A stretch of 28,793 nucleotides of DNA, taken from Acidimicrobiia bacterium (GTDB taxonomy: Bacteria; Actinomycetota; Acidimicrobiia; IMCC26256; JACDBD01). How positions within the stretch are numbered: the first letter of the stretch is position 1; each line of letters begins with the position of its first letter. Positions 14,647-21,881 of this stretch are shown in pieces. Made by a program: the position numbers and the translations under genes. The notes under the pieces were generated by a model that saw nothing but the letters and a program-made list of their open reading frames with translations, ran no database searches and had not been told where the DNA came from. The DNA is taken from contig JAPSGP010000001.1 of assembly GCA_031177445.1 (NCBI GenBank), positions 1-28,793 of the forward strand, written 5' to 3'.

Positions 14647-16215
14647 TCACGCCTCGACCCGGGTAGACGCGGGCGCGGGCGGCCGCGCGATTGGGCTCGC
14701 CCACCAGCGGTGGCGCCGAACGCGACGCAGATGCGGAAGCCACGCCATCACCAGTGCGGTCACGGCGAACAGCAACACCACCGAGACGACGACCGCCAGC
14801 GTGAAGCCGCTCGTGAACGCAGCGCGCGCCGCGTCCGCCAGGGTCTCGCCGGAGGAACCGCCCACTTCGTCGGCGACGTTCAGCGCGTCAGCGACGTTGT
14901 TCCGCGCCGCCTCCTGCTGGCCGGCCGAGAGCGACGATGTCGCGTCGGTGAGCTGCGCTGAATAGCGAAACGCGAGCACCGACCCCAGCACCGCGATGCC
15001 GAACGCGGTGCCGAACTCCCGGGTCACGTCGTTCATCGCCGAGCCCACGCCCGCTTTCTCCGGGGGCAGCTCGGACACGAGCATGCTGGTCGCGGGGGTC
15101 GTCGCGGTGCCCATGCCCAACCCGATGACGAACAGCCCGAGGATCACCCACCACGTGCTCTGCGACGTGCCGACGAACAGGAAGCACGCGGCACCGGCCG
15201 CGGTGACGAGCAACCCGGCCCCGATCGTCGCCCGCTCGCCGATGCGCCGGACGACGATGGACACGCTCGTCGCGCTGGCACACCACGAGATCGAGATCAC
15301 CGAGACCACCATGCCGACCCAAAGTGCGGAGTGGCCCTCGACGATCTGCAGGAACTGGGGAATCAGGAAGTACACGCCCCACGCCACGAAGTTGCCGACG
15401 GTGATGACCAGCGCCGGCGCCGTGAACGTCGACCGTCGAAAGAGGCGCACGTCGAGCATGGGGCGTTTGCGGCCGAGCTCCCACCTCGCGTACGCGAGGA
15501 ACGCCAGCGCTGCGATCGCGACGGCGATGAGCACGGGGGCGCCGGTCCAGCCCGTCGAAGGCGCCTCGATGAACGCGAACACCAGCGCGGAGATGCCGAG
15601 GGTCGAGAGGGCGGCACCGCCGAGATCGAGTGGTGTCTTCTCCGGGTCGCGCGATTCGGGCACGATGCGGGCACCGGCCACCAAGGCGATGACGACCACC
15701 GGCAGGTTGACCAGGAGCACCGAACCCCACCAGAAGTGGGTGAGCAGCACCCCGCCGATCGGCGGTCCGAGGATGAACCCGAGGCCGCCCACGCCCGACC
15801 AGATCCCGATCGCCTTGACCCGCTCCTCGGGCGGGAAGACGTGGGTGATGATCGACAGCGTCCCGGGCATCAGCATCGCGGCACCGAGTCCCATGAGGGC
15901 TCGCGCCGCGATCAACAGCGCCGGGTCGGGCGAGAACGCCCCGAGCGTCGCCGCGACGCCGAACACCACCAGCCCGGCGTCGAGCACCAGCTTGCGCCCG
16001 AAGCGATCGCCGGCGGCGCCACCGGTGACGACCAGCCCCGCGAACACGATCCCGTACGTGGAGAAGATCCACTGCAGGTCGCTGGCGTCGGCGCCGAGCT
16101 CGCGGGTCAGGTCGGGGATCGCGACGTTGAGGATGGTGATCGCCATCCCGACGAGCGTCAGCGAGACGCACAGGACGGCCAGGATCCAGTAGCGGCCTCG
16201 GTACTCGGTCGGCAC
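14647..16215 (-). CDS. MFS efflux transporter, DHA2 (EmrB/QacA) family (522 aa)
   Basis: About 14 TM segments; ILNVAIPDL, GAAGDRFGRK (motif A), ARALMGLGAA, GPPIGG.L...W..V.LVNLPV, AGVGSAMNDVTREFG. Confidence 0.93.
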   Translation of the reverse strand: MPTEYRGRYWILAVLCVSLTLVGMAITILNVAIPDLTRELGADASDLQWIFSTYGIVFAGLVVTGGAAGDRFGRKLVLDAGLVVFGVAATLGAFSPDPALLIAARALMGLGAAMLMPGTLSIITHVFPPEERVKAIGIWSGVGGLGFILGPPIGGVLLTHFWWGSVLLVNLPVVVIALVAGARIVPESRDPEKTPLDLGGAALSTLGISALVFAFIEAPSTGWTGAPVLIAVAIAALAFLAYARWELGRKRPMLDVRLFRRSTFTAPALVITVGNFVAWGVYFLIPQFLQIVEGHSALWVGMVVSVISISWCASATSVSIVVRRIGERATIGAGLLVTAAGAACFLFVGTSQSTWWVILGLFVIGLGMGTATTPATSMLVSELPPEKAGVGSAMNDVTREFGTAFGIAVLGSVLAFRYSAQLTDATSSLSAGQQEAARNNVADALNVADEVGGSSGETLADAARAAFTSGFTLAVVVSVVLLFAVTALVMAWLPHLRRVRRHRWWASPIARPPAPASTRVEA

Positions 16216-16239
16216 GGGCCGGCCCGACGAGGATGCCGG

Positions 16240-16566
16240 TCAGTCCTTGAGCTCGACCACGATCTCGTAGAACGTCTCGTTGCCCGTGTTGATCGCGGTC
16301 TCGATGCCGCCCCGCTCGGCGTAGATCACGTTGCCGGGCGAGATGTCGCCCTCGACCCGTCCGAGCCTGCCCCACGGCCCACCGGAGTCGGGCTCGAAGT
16401 CGGCGGCCATCTTGTCGCCCGCGATCTGGATCATCACGTAGTCGTTCTCGTGACGATGGAGGTCCGACTTCTCACCGGGCTCGAGCCGCATCTCCCAGAT
16501 GCGCACCCGGTCGTTCTCCATCAGCAGCTTGGTGGCGATGTCGCCGAACTGGCGAATGTCGGCCAT
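16240..16566 (-). CDS. Cupin domain protein (108 aa)
   Basis: ENDRVRIWEMRLEPGEKSDLHRHENDY cupin motif; SD GAGGGGG before ATG 16566. Confidence 0.88.
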   Translation of the reverse strand: MADIRQFGDIATKLLMENDRVRIWEMRLEPGEKSDLHRHENDYVMIQIAGDKMAADFEPDSGGPWGRLGRVEGDISPGNVIYAERGGIETAINTGNETFYEIVVELKD

Positions 16567-16584
16567 CCGTCCCCCTCGGTTCCA

Positions 16585-16606
16585 CGCTCCGATGCACATC
16601 TGAGCG
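16585..16606. promoter_or_regulatory. Candidate operator between divergent cupin and dehydrogenase genes
   Basis: CGCTCCGATG-CA-CATCTGAGCG, arms 9/10 complementary, next to GATAAT (16609-16614). Confidence 0.4.
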
Positions 16607-16648
16607 GCGATAATTCGGCTCCAGACACGCATCGTAGAGGGGGAGAGC

Positions 16649-17707
16649 ATGGCGGACACGGTGGTCGTCGGGGTGCTGTACCCGCCGCAGTGGTACGGCG
16701 ACCTCGACGGGTTCGGTCATGAGCTCGAGCGGATCGAGCAGCTCGACCCCCGCATCGAGGTCGTCGCCGAGTCCTACGACGAACCCCACGAGCTGCGCAG
16801 CGCACGGGGCAAGCCCGGGGTCGGCGAGCTGCGCGACCGCGCCCCGGCGCTCACCGACACCCAGCGCGCCGCCTTCGCCCGCGTCGAGGTCGCGCTCGCG
16901 ATCGACCTGCCGTTCGATGTCGGGGCGATCGCGCCCGAGCTGCGGTGGGTGCAGGCGGTCGGCGCCGGGACCGGGCAGCTCCAGTCGGCCGGGCTCGCCG
17001 AGGCCGGCATCCGGCTGACCTCGGCCGCGGGCGCCAACGCCGTGGGCATCGCCGAGTTCGCGCTCGCGCGCGTACTCGCGCACTGGAAGCAGTTCCGCGA
17101 GCTCGACGAGGCGCAGCGCCGCCACGAATGGGAACCGCGTTTCGGCCGCCAGCTCGCCGGCTGCACACTGGGGCTGCTCGGGCTCGGTGCGATCAACAGC
17201 GCGGTGGCAGCGCGGGCTCACGCCTTCGGCATGCAGGTGCTCGCGACCCGGCGCTCAGCGACACCGGGCGCGACCGCGCCGCACGTCGACGAGCTGTTCC
17301 CCACGACGGAGCTGCACGCAATGCTCGGTTGCTGCGACGTCGTCATCGCCGCGGTCCCCGAGACGCCCGAGACGCGGGGCCTGATCGACGCCGAGGCCAT
17401 CGCCGCCATGAAGCCGGGCGCGTTCTTCTGCAACGTGGGGCGCGGATCACTCGTCGACGAAGCCGCGCTCATCGACGCGCTCGAACGCGGTCACCTCAGC
17501 GCCGCCGCCCTCGACGTCGCCAGCATCGAGCCGCTCCCGCCCGACCACCCTCTGTGGGACACCCGCAACCTCTATCTCTCGCCCCACGCGGCGACGTCGC
17601 CGTCGGCCCTGTTCGTGAACCTGCACGAGCTCTTCCTCGACAACCTCCGCCGCTACCTCGCCGGTGAGCCCCTCGCCAACGAGGTCGAGCTGACGCGCGG
17701 CTACTAG
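16649..17707 (+). CDS. D-2-hydroxyacid dehydrogenase family protein (352 aa)
   Basis: WVQAVGAG, NAVGIAEF, LGLLGLGAI, PETPETRGLID, catalytic NVGRG (R), DV..IEPL (E), SPH (H); SD GAGGGGGG. Confidence 0.93.
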   Translation: MADTVVVGVLYPPQWYGDLDGFGHELERIEQLDPRIEVVAESYDEPHELRSARGKPGVGELRDRAPALTDTQRAAFARVEVALAIDLPFDVGAIAPELRWVQAVGAGTGQLQSAGLAEAGIRLTSAAGANAVGIAEFALARVLAHWKQFRELDEAQRRHEWEPRFGRQLAGCTLGLLGLGAINSAVAARAHAFGMQVLATRRSATPGATAPHVDELFPTTELHAMLGCCDVVIAAVPETPETRGLIDAEAIAAMKPGAFFCNVGRGSLVDEAALIDALERGHLSAAALDVASIEPLPPDHPLWDTRNLYLSPHAATSPSALFVNLHELFLDNLRRYLAGEPLANEVELTRGY

Positions 17708-17752
17708 AAACGAGCTCAGCCGCGACCGAGGACGGCGTCGGGCCGCGGCGGC

Positions 17753-18736
17753 TCAGGGGACGAGCATGACTTTGCCCACGGTGGCGCGGGACTCAAGGGC
17801 CCAGTGTGCGGCAGCGGCGTCGGCGAGGGGGAAGTGCTGTCCGATCACGGGCACGAGCCGGCCGGCGGCGAGGGCTGCGAGTGCCTCCTCCTCGAGCCCG
17901 CGCAACCCACCGGGTCGCTGCTGGATGCGCGCGCCGATGGCGCCCGAGACGGTGACGCCCTTGGAGAAGATGTCGCTCGCAGAGAGCTCGGTCAACACGC
18001 CGGACGAGTAGCCGAAGAGGATGAGCCGTCCACCCGGGCCGAGCAGCTCGAGCGCGGTTCGTCCGACGTCGCCGCCAACGCCGTCGAGCGCCACCGTCAC
18101 GTCGCGACCGTCGAGCGCGTCGCGCATCAGCTTGCTCCAGTCGGGCGAGAGGTAGTCGACGGCGAAGTGCGCGCCGAGCGCACGAGCTCGCTCGACCTTG
18201 GCCCCGCCGCCGGCGACGCCGACGACGGTGGCGCCGGCATTGCGACCTGCCTGCACGAGCAGGGAGCCGAGCCCGCCGGCGGCCGCGGTGACCAGCACCA
18301 CGTCGTCGGTAGTCAGCTGCGCGACCTCGAGGAGCGCCAGTGCAGTGCGCCCGGTCCCGATCATCGCCACCGCCGCGTCGGTGGCGACGCCGTCCCGCAG
18401 CACATGGAGCGACGTGACGTTGGCCACCGCGAGCTCCGCGTAGCCGCCGCTCGCCATGCCGAGGTGCGCCACCACCCGGCGATCGAGCCAGTCGTCGCCG
18501 ACCTGATCCCCGACCCTCTCCACCACGCCTGCGACCTCGCGTCCGGGCGTCATGGGCAGCTCCGACCGCGGGAACGGCCCGCCCTCGATGCCGGCGCGGA
18601 TGTTGGTGTCGACGAGGTGCACGCCCGCGGCCGCGACCCGGATCAGCACCTGGCCGGCGCCGGGCACCGGATCGGCGACCTCCTCGTAGCGCAGCGTCTC
18701 GGGCGGCCCGAACTCGTGCTGGCGAATGGCGTGCAT
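17753..18736 (-). CDS. NADPH:quinone oxidoreductase, MDR family (327 aa)
   Basis: MHAIRQHEFGPPETLRYEEV, GVHLVDT, TPGREVAG, VTAAAGGLGSLLVQ, GKVMLVP; SD GAGGAGG before ATG 18736. Confidence 0.92.
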   Translation of the reverse strand: MHAIRQHEFGPPETLRYEEVADPVPGAGQVLIRVAAAGVHLVDTNIRAGIEGGPFPRSELPMTPGREVAGVVERVGDQVGDDWLDRRVVAHLGMASGGYAELAVANVTSLHVLRDGVATDAAVAMIGTGRTALALLEVAQLTTDDVVLVTAAAGGLGSLLVQAGRNAGATVVGVAGGGAKVERARALGAHFAVDYLSPDWSKLMRDALDGRDVTVALDGVGGDVGRTALELLGPGGRLILFGYSSGVLTELSASDIFSKGVTVSGAIGARIQQRPGGLRGLEEEALAALAAGRLVPVIGQHFPLADAAAAHWALESRATVGKVMLVP

Positions 18737-18772
18737 CGTCGTCGCCTCCTCGCGGCGGAATGCTCGGAGCCG

Positions 18773-18803
18773 ACCGTATGACCTCAAGCGAACTCGAGGT
18801 CAA
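18773..18803 (-). promoter_or_regulatory. SoxR-type MerR promoter and operator upstream of the quinone oxidoreductase
   Basis: Minus strand TTGACC-19 bp-TACGGT; dyad TGACCTCAAG-CGAA-CTCGAGGTCA (18779-18802); ACCTCAAGCGAACTCGAGGT matches the SoxR box ACCTCAAGTTAACTTGAGGT at 17/20. Confidence 0.85.
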
Positions 18804-18936
18804 GCCGATGGGCGTCGATCGGACCTGATTCGATCCGGTACATCTGGGCGTTGATCTGTACCCCGTGACGTCGGAGCACGGGAGGCTCCCGCGCGCGAGG
18901 AGCCGCAAAGCTGCCCTGCGGCGGTTCCGCGATCAG

Positions 18937-19007
18937 CCCGTCGAACGTGTTGTTGCTCCGTTCACCACACATTTCGGTGTCGATGGAGCAATAGCACGTT
19001 CGACGGG
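18937..19007 (+). repeat. Long inverted repeat (REP/MITE-like or structured RNA)
   Basis: 23-bp arms CCCGTCGAACGTGTTGTTGCTCC / GGAGCAATAGCACGTTCGACGGG with two G-T imperfections; 25-nt loop. Confidence 0.75.
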
Positions 19008-19026
19008 AAGTCGCGCGACGAGCGGC

Positions 19027-19833
19027 TCACATCGGGTTCCAGCGCGGGGCGCGCTTCTCCCGAAACGCGGCCGCCGCCTCGGTCATGTTCCCGGTGAACG
19101 TGCCGAGCACCTGCTGGCGGTTCTCGAGCTCGATGGCGTGCCGCAAGCTGGGCGCGTCGACGTTCGTCCACAGGCCCTTCTTGGTCATCCAGATCCCGTA
19201 ATCGCTGTGCTCGGCGATCTGGTCCACCAACCTGATCGCGGCGTCGACGTGTTCGCCTTCGGGCACCAGGTCGTTCAGCATCCCGAATGCCAACGCCTCC
19301 TCGCCGGAGAAATGGCGCCCGGTGAGCATGAGCTCGGCGGCGCGGCTGGCGCCGACGATGCGGGGCAGGAAGTAGCTCACGCCGACGTCGCACGACGACA
19401 GGCCCACCCGGATGAAGACCGCACCGAACCGGGCCGTCGGCGTCGCGACCCGAAGGTCGCAGGCGAGCGCCAGCGCCAGTCCCCCGCCGACGGCGGCGCC
19501 GTGCACGGCCGCGATTACCGGCTTCTCGCACTCGTGCACCGCCAGGACGAGCTCGGCCAGGTGCTCCTGGAACCGGTACACGAGCCCGACCGGGCCGCGC
19601 CCGTCGGTGTCGGGCGCGGGATCGTCCTCGCCCGACAGGTCGGCGCCGGCGCAGAAGCCCTTGCCGGCGCCGGTGAGCACGATCGCGGCGACGCCGCGGG
19701 CGCGGTTCAGCGACGCGAACGCTTCCTTGGCGTCCGTCACCAGCGACGCCGACAGGGCGTTGAGGTGTTCGGGCCGGTTCAGGGTGACGACCGGCACCGA
19801 CGGCCGGGCGGTGTCGACGTCGACGTAGGGCAT
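19027..19833 (-). CDS. Crotonase/enoyl-CoA hydratase-isomerase family protein (268 aa)
   Basis: VTLNRPEHLNAL, LTGAGKGFCAGADL, KPVIAAVHG.AVGGG, ELMLTGR, F.EKRAP.W; start placed at ATG 19833. Confidence 0.93.
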   Translation of the reverse strand: MPYVDVDTARPSVPVVTLNRPEHLNALSASLVTDAKEAFASLNRARGVAAIVLTGAGKGFCAGADLSGEDDPAPDTDGRGPVGLVYRFQEHLAELVLAVHECEKPVIAAVHGAAVGGGLALALACDLRVATPTARFGAVFIRVGLSSCDVGVSYFLPRIVGASRAAELMLTGRHFSGEEALAFGMLNDLVPEGEHVDAAIRLVDQIAEHSDYGIWMTKKGLWTNVDAPSLRHAIELENRQQVLGTFTGNMTEAAAAFREKRAPRWNPM

Positions 19834-19853
19834 CCGGACCCCCAGGGTGGACG

Positions 19854-19873
19854 CTTGCATGTATACATGCAAG
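19854..19873. promoter_or_regulatory. MarR-type operator, perfect 20-bp palindrome
   Basis: CTTGCATGTATACATGCAAG between the divergent crotonase and MarR genes; overlaps a minus-strand TTGCAT-17bp-CACCCT promoter candidate. Confidence 0.8.
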
Positions 19874-19882
19874 AGTTGGCGG

Positions 19883-20365
19883 GTGACGACGAGCCCCGAT
19901 CCTGCTCCCCATGTGCACGAGATCGCCAGCTTCATGGAGCTGGTGACCGACATGGCCCGCACGCCCGGCTATCGCGACCGGCTCCTCCAGCGGGCGCGGG
20001 TCCCGCTGACCCGGTCGGGCTCCGCGGTCCTGTCGACGGTCGAGCGGGCCGGGCCGCTCGCGGTCTCGGAGCTCGCCGAGCGTCTCGGCGTCGACCAGTC
20101 CACCGCCAGCCGTCAGGTCAAGCCGCTCCAGGAGCGAGGCCTCATCAGCCGCACCAGCGACCCGGCTGACCGCCGCTCGAGCCTCCTGTCGATCACCGCC
20201 GCCGGACGGCGCGTGCGCAGCCGGGTGCGCGACGCGGTGCTCGACGACATCGACACCGCGCTGCGCGACTGGCCGCTCGAGGAGCGCACTCGGCTCGGCA
20301 CCCTGCTCGACCGCTTCGGGGCTGCACTGCGCGAGACGGTCGACTCGGTGCCCGCGCATCCGTGA
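19883..20365 (+). CDS. MarR family transcriptional regulator (about 160 aa)
   Basis: wHTH VSELAERLGVDQSTASRQVKPL.ERGLI.R..DP.DRR..L.IT.AG; start GTG 19883 inferred because upstream in-frame ATGs lie in or before the operator. Confidence 0.92.
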   Translation: MTTSPDPAPHVHEIASFMELVTDMARTPGYRDRLLQRARVPLTRSGSAVLSTVERAGPLAVSELAERLGVDQSTASRQVKPLQERGLISRTSDPADRRSSLLSITAAGRRVRSRVRDAVLDDIDTALRDWPLEERTRLGTLLDRFGAALRETVDSVPAHP

Positions 20366-21840
20366 CGGCGGCCCCGACGTCGACTGGGGCGCGGCCGGTC
20401 GGGGGACGACGCCTCGTCGTCATCTTCGTCGGGCTCCAGCTCGGGATGATGCTGAGCACGCTCGACAACACGATCGTCGCCACCGCGCTGCCGACGATCT
20501 CGCGCGAGCTCGGCGGGATCTCGCGGCTCTCGTGGGTCATCACCGCCTATCTGCTGGCGCAGGTCACGTCGATGCCGTTGTTCGGCAAGCTCGGCGACCT
20601 CTACGGGCGCAAGCGCGTGTTCCTCGTCGCGGTCACGCTCTTCGTCGCCGGTTCGGTCGCCTGTGGTGCCGCCCAGTCCATCGACCAGCTCATCGTGTTC
20701 CGGGGCTTGCAAGGCCTGGGTGCGGGCGGAATCGGACCGCTGGCCATGGCGATCGTCGCCGACATCGTGCCGGCGCGGCAACTGGGACGCTGGCTGGGAT
20801 ACCAGGGGGCGCTGTTCGCGATCGCCAGCGTCGCCGGGCCGCTCGTCGGCGGCGTGTTCGTCGACCAGCTCAGCTGGCGGTGGGCGTTCTACGTGAACAT
20901 CCCGGTGGCCGCCGTCGGGCTCGTGATCGTCGGCACCTCGTTGCACCTGCCGTATCGCCGCATCCCGCACTCGATCGACTACCTGGGGTCGGCGCTGCTC
21001 GTCGGCGCGCTGTCGTCGCTCGTCCTGCTCGTGAGCGGGGGCGGCGAGTCGTGGCCATGGCTGTCGCCGATGACCGTTGGCCTCGCGGTCACGGCTGTGC
21101 TCCTCGGCCTGCTCTTCGTGCGCCGGCAGCGTTGTGCCGTCGAACCGGTCCTCCCCCTGCGACTGCTCGCCAATCCCATCGTGCGGGTGATCAACCCGAT
21201 CAACTTCGCCAGCGGCATGCTCCTGCTCTGCGGTGTCTTCTTCATCCCCGTGTTCCTGCAGGAGGTGTCCGGGGTCAGCGCGTTCGAGTCCGGGCTGCTG
21301 CTCTCGCCGCTGATGTTCGGAGCAGCCATCGGAACGCTGATCGCCGGGCAACGGGTGGAGCGCACGGGCCGCTACCGGCGCTGGCCGATCGTGGGCTCGC
21401 TCCTGATGACCCTGGGTGTCGCGATGCTGGCGACGCTGCGCGAGACCACGCCCGTCGGCCTCGCGATCGCGTTCGGCGGGGTGCTCGGCCTCGGCGTCGG
21501 CTTCGTCATGCAGACGACGTTGCTGGCGGTGCAGAACAGCGTCGAGCACCGGGAGCTCGGGATCGCGACGTCCACCGCGCTCCTGCACCGCCTCCTCGGC
21601 CCGACGGTGGGCACCCCGATCTTCGGCGCGGTGCTGAACGCCGGGCTCCCTGACGGCGGTCCGCGGACGGCCGCCGACTTCGCCCACGCGCTCCCACCGG
21701 TGTTCCTCGCCGCGGTGCCCGTCGGCATCCTGTCGTTCCTCGTCGCGCTGCGGCTCCGGGAGCGGCCGCTGCGCGAGCACGCCCACTTCGGCCCCGACAC
21801 CATTGACGTCCCGGTTTTTGGCGTCGCAGGACCCGAATAA
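20362..21840 (+). CDS. MFS efflux transporter, DHA2/MDR family (492 aa)
   Basis: LSTLDNTIVATALPTI, WVITAYLL, GKLGDLYGRK, RGLQGLGAGG, GPLVGG...SWRWAFYVNIP; GTGA overlap with marR. Confidence 0.93.
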   Translation: MTAAPTSTGARPVGGRRLVVIFVGLQLGMMLSTLDNTIVATALPTISRELGGISRLSWVITAYLLAQVTSMPLFGKLGDLYGRKRVFLVAVTLFVAGSVACGAAQSIDQLIVFRGLQGLGAGGIGPLAMAIVADIVPARQLGRWLGYQGALFAIASVAGPLVGGVFVDQLSWRWAFYVNIPVAAVGLVIVGTSLHLPYRRIPHSIDYLGSALLVGALSSLVLLVSGGGESWPWLSPMTVGLAVTAVLLGLLFVRRQRCAVEPVLPLRLLANPIVRVINPINFASGMLLLCGVFFIPVFLQEVSGVSAFESGLLLSPLMFGAAIGTLIAGQRVERTGRYRRWPIVGSLLMTLGVAMLATLRETTPVGLAIAFGGVLGLGVGFVMQTTLLAVQNSVEHRELGIATSTALLHRLLGPTVGTPIFGAVLNAGLPDGGPRTAADFAHALPPVFLAAVPVGILSFLVALRLRERPLREHAHFGPDTIDVPVFGVAGPE

Positions 21841-21862
21841 TCCGGGTTCTGCGACGCCAGAA
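21816..21862. repeat. 20-bp-stem hairpin overlapping the MFS stop codon (bidirectional terminator or REP-like)
   Basis: TTTTGGCGTCGCAGGACCCG-AATAATC-CGGGTTCTGCGACGCCAGAA between convergent genes. Confidence 0.7.
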
Positions 21863-21881
21863 CGGTGCGCGTCGGCGCGGC

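Noticed and set aside
16213-16242. Cupin stop is in frame with the MFS start 24 nt downstream (possible read-through fusion)
   Set aside because: One-in-three chance; no read-through context or known fusion.
18890-18925. GCCGCAAAGC resembling part of a c-di-GMP-I riboswitch
   Set aside because: The GCAAAC/GNRA P2 elements are missing and it is not oriented in front of a gene.
18784-18972. 62-aa minus-strand ORF, or a soxR remnant, in the large intergenic gap
   Set aside because: No SD, overlaps the promoter and hairpin, and no HTH or Cys cluster in the frames examined.
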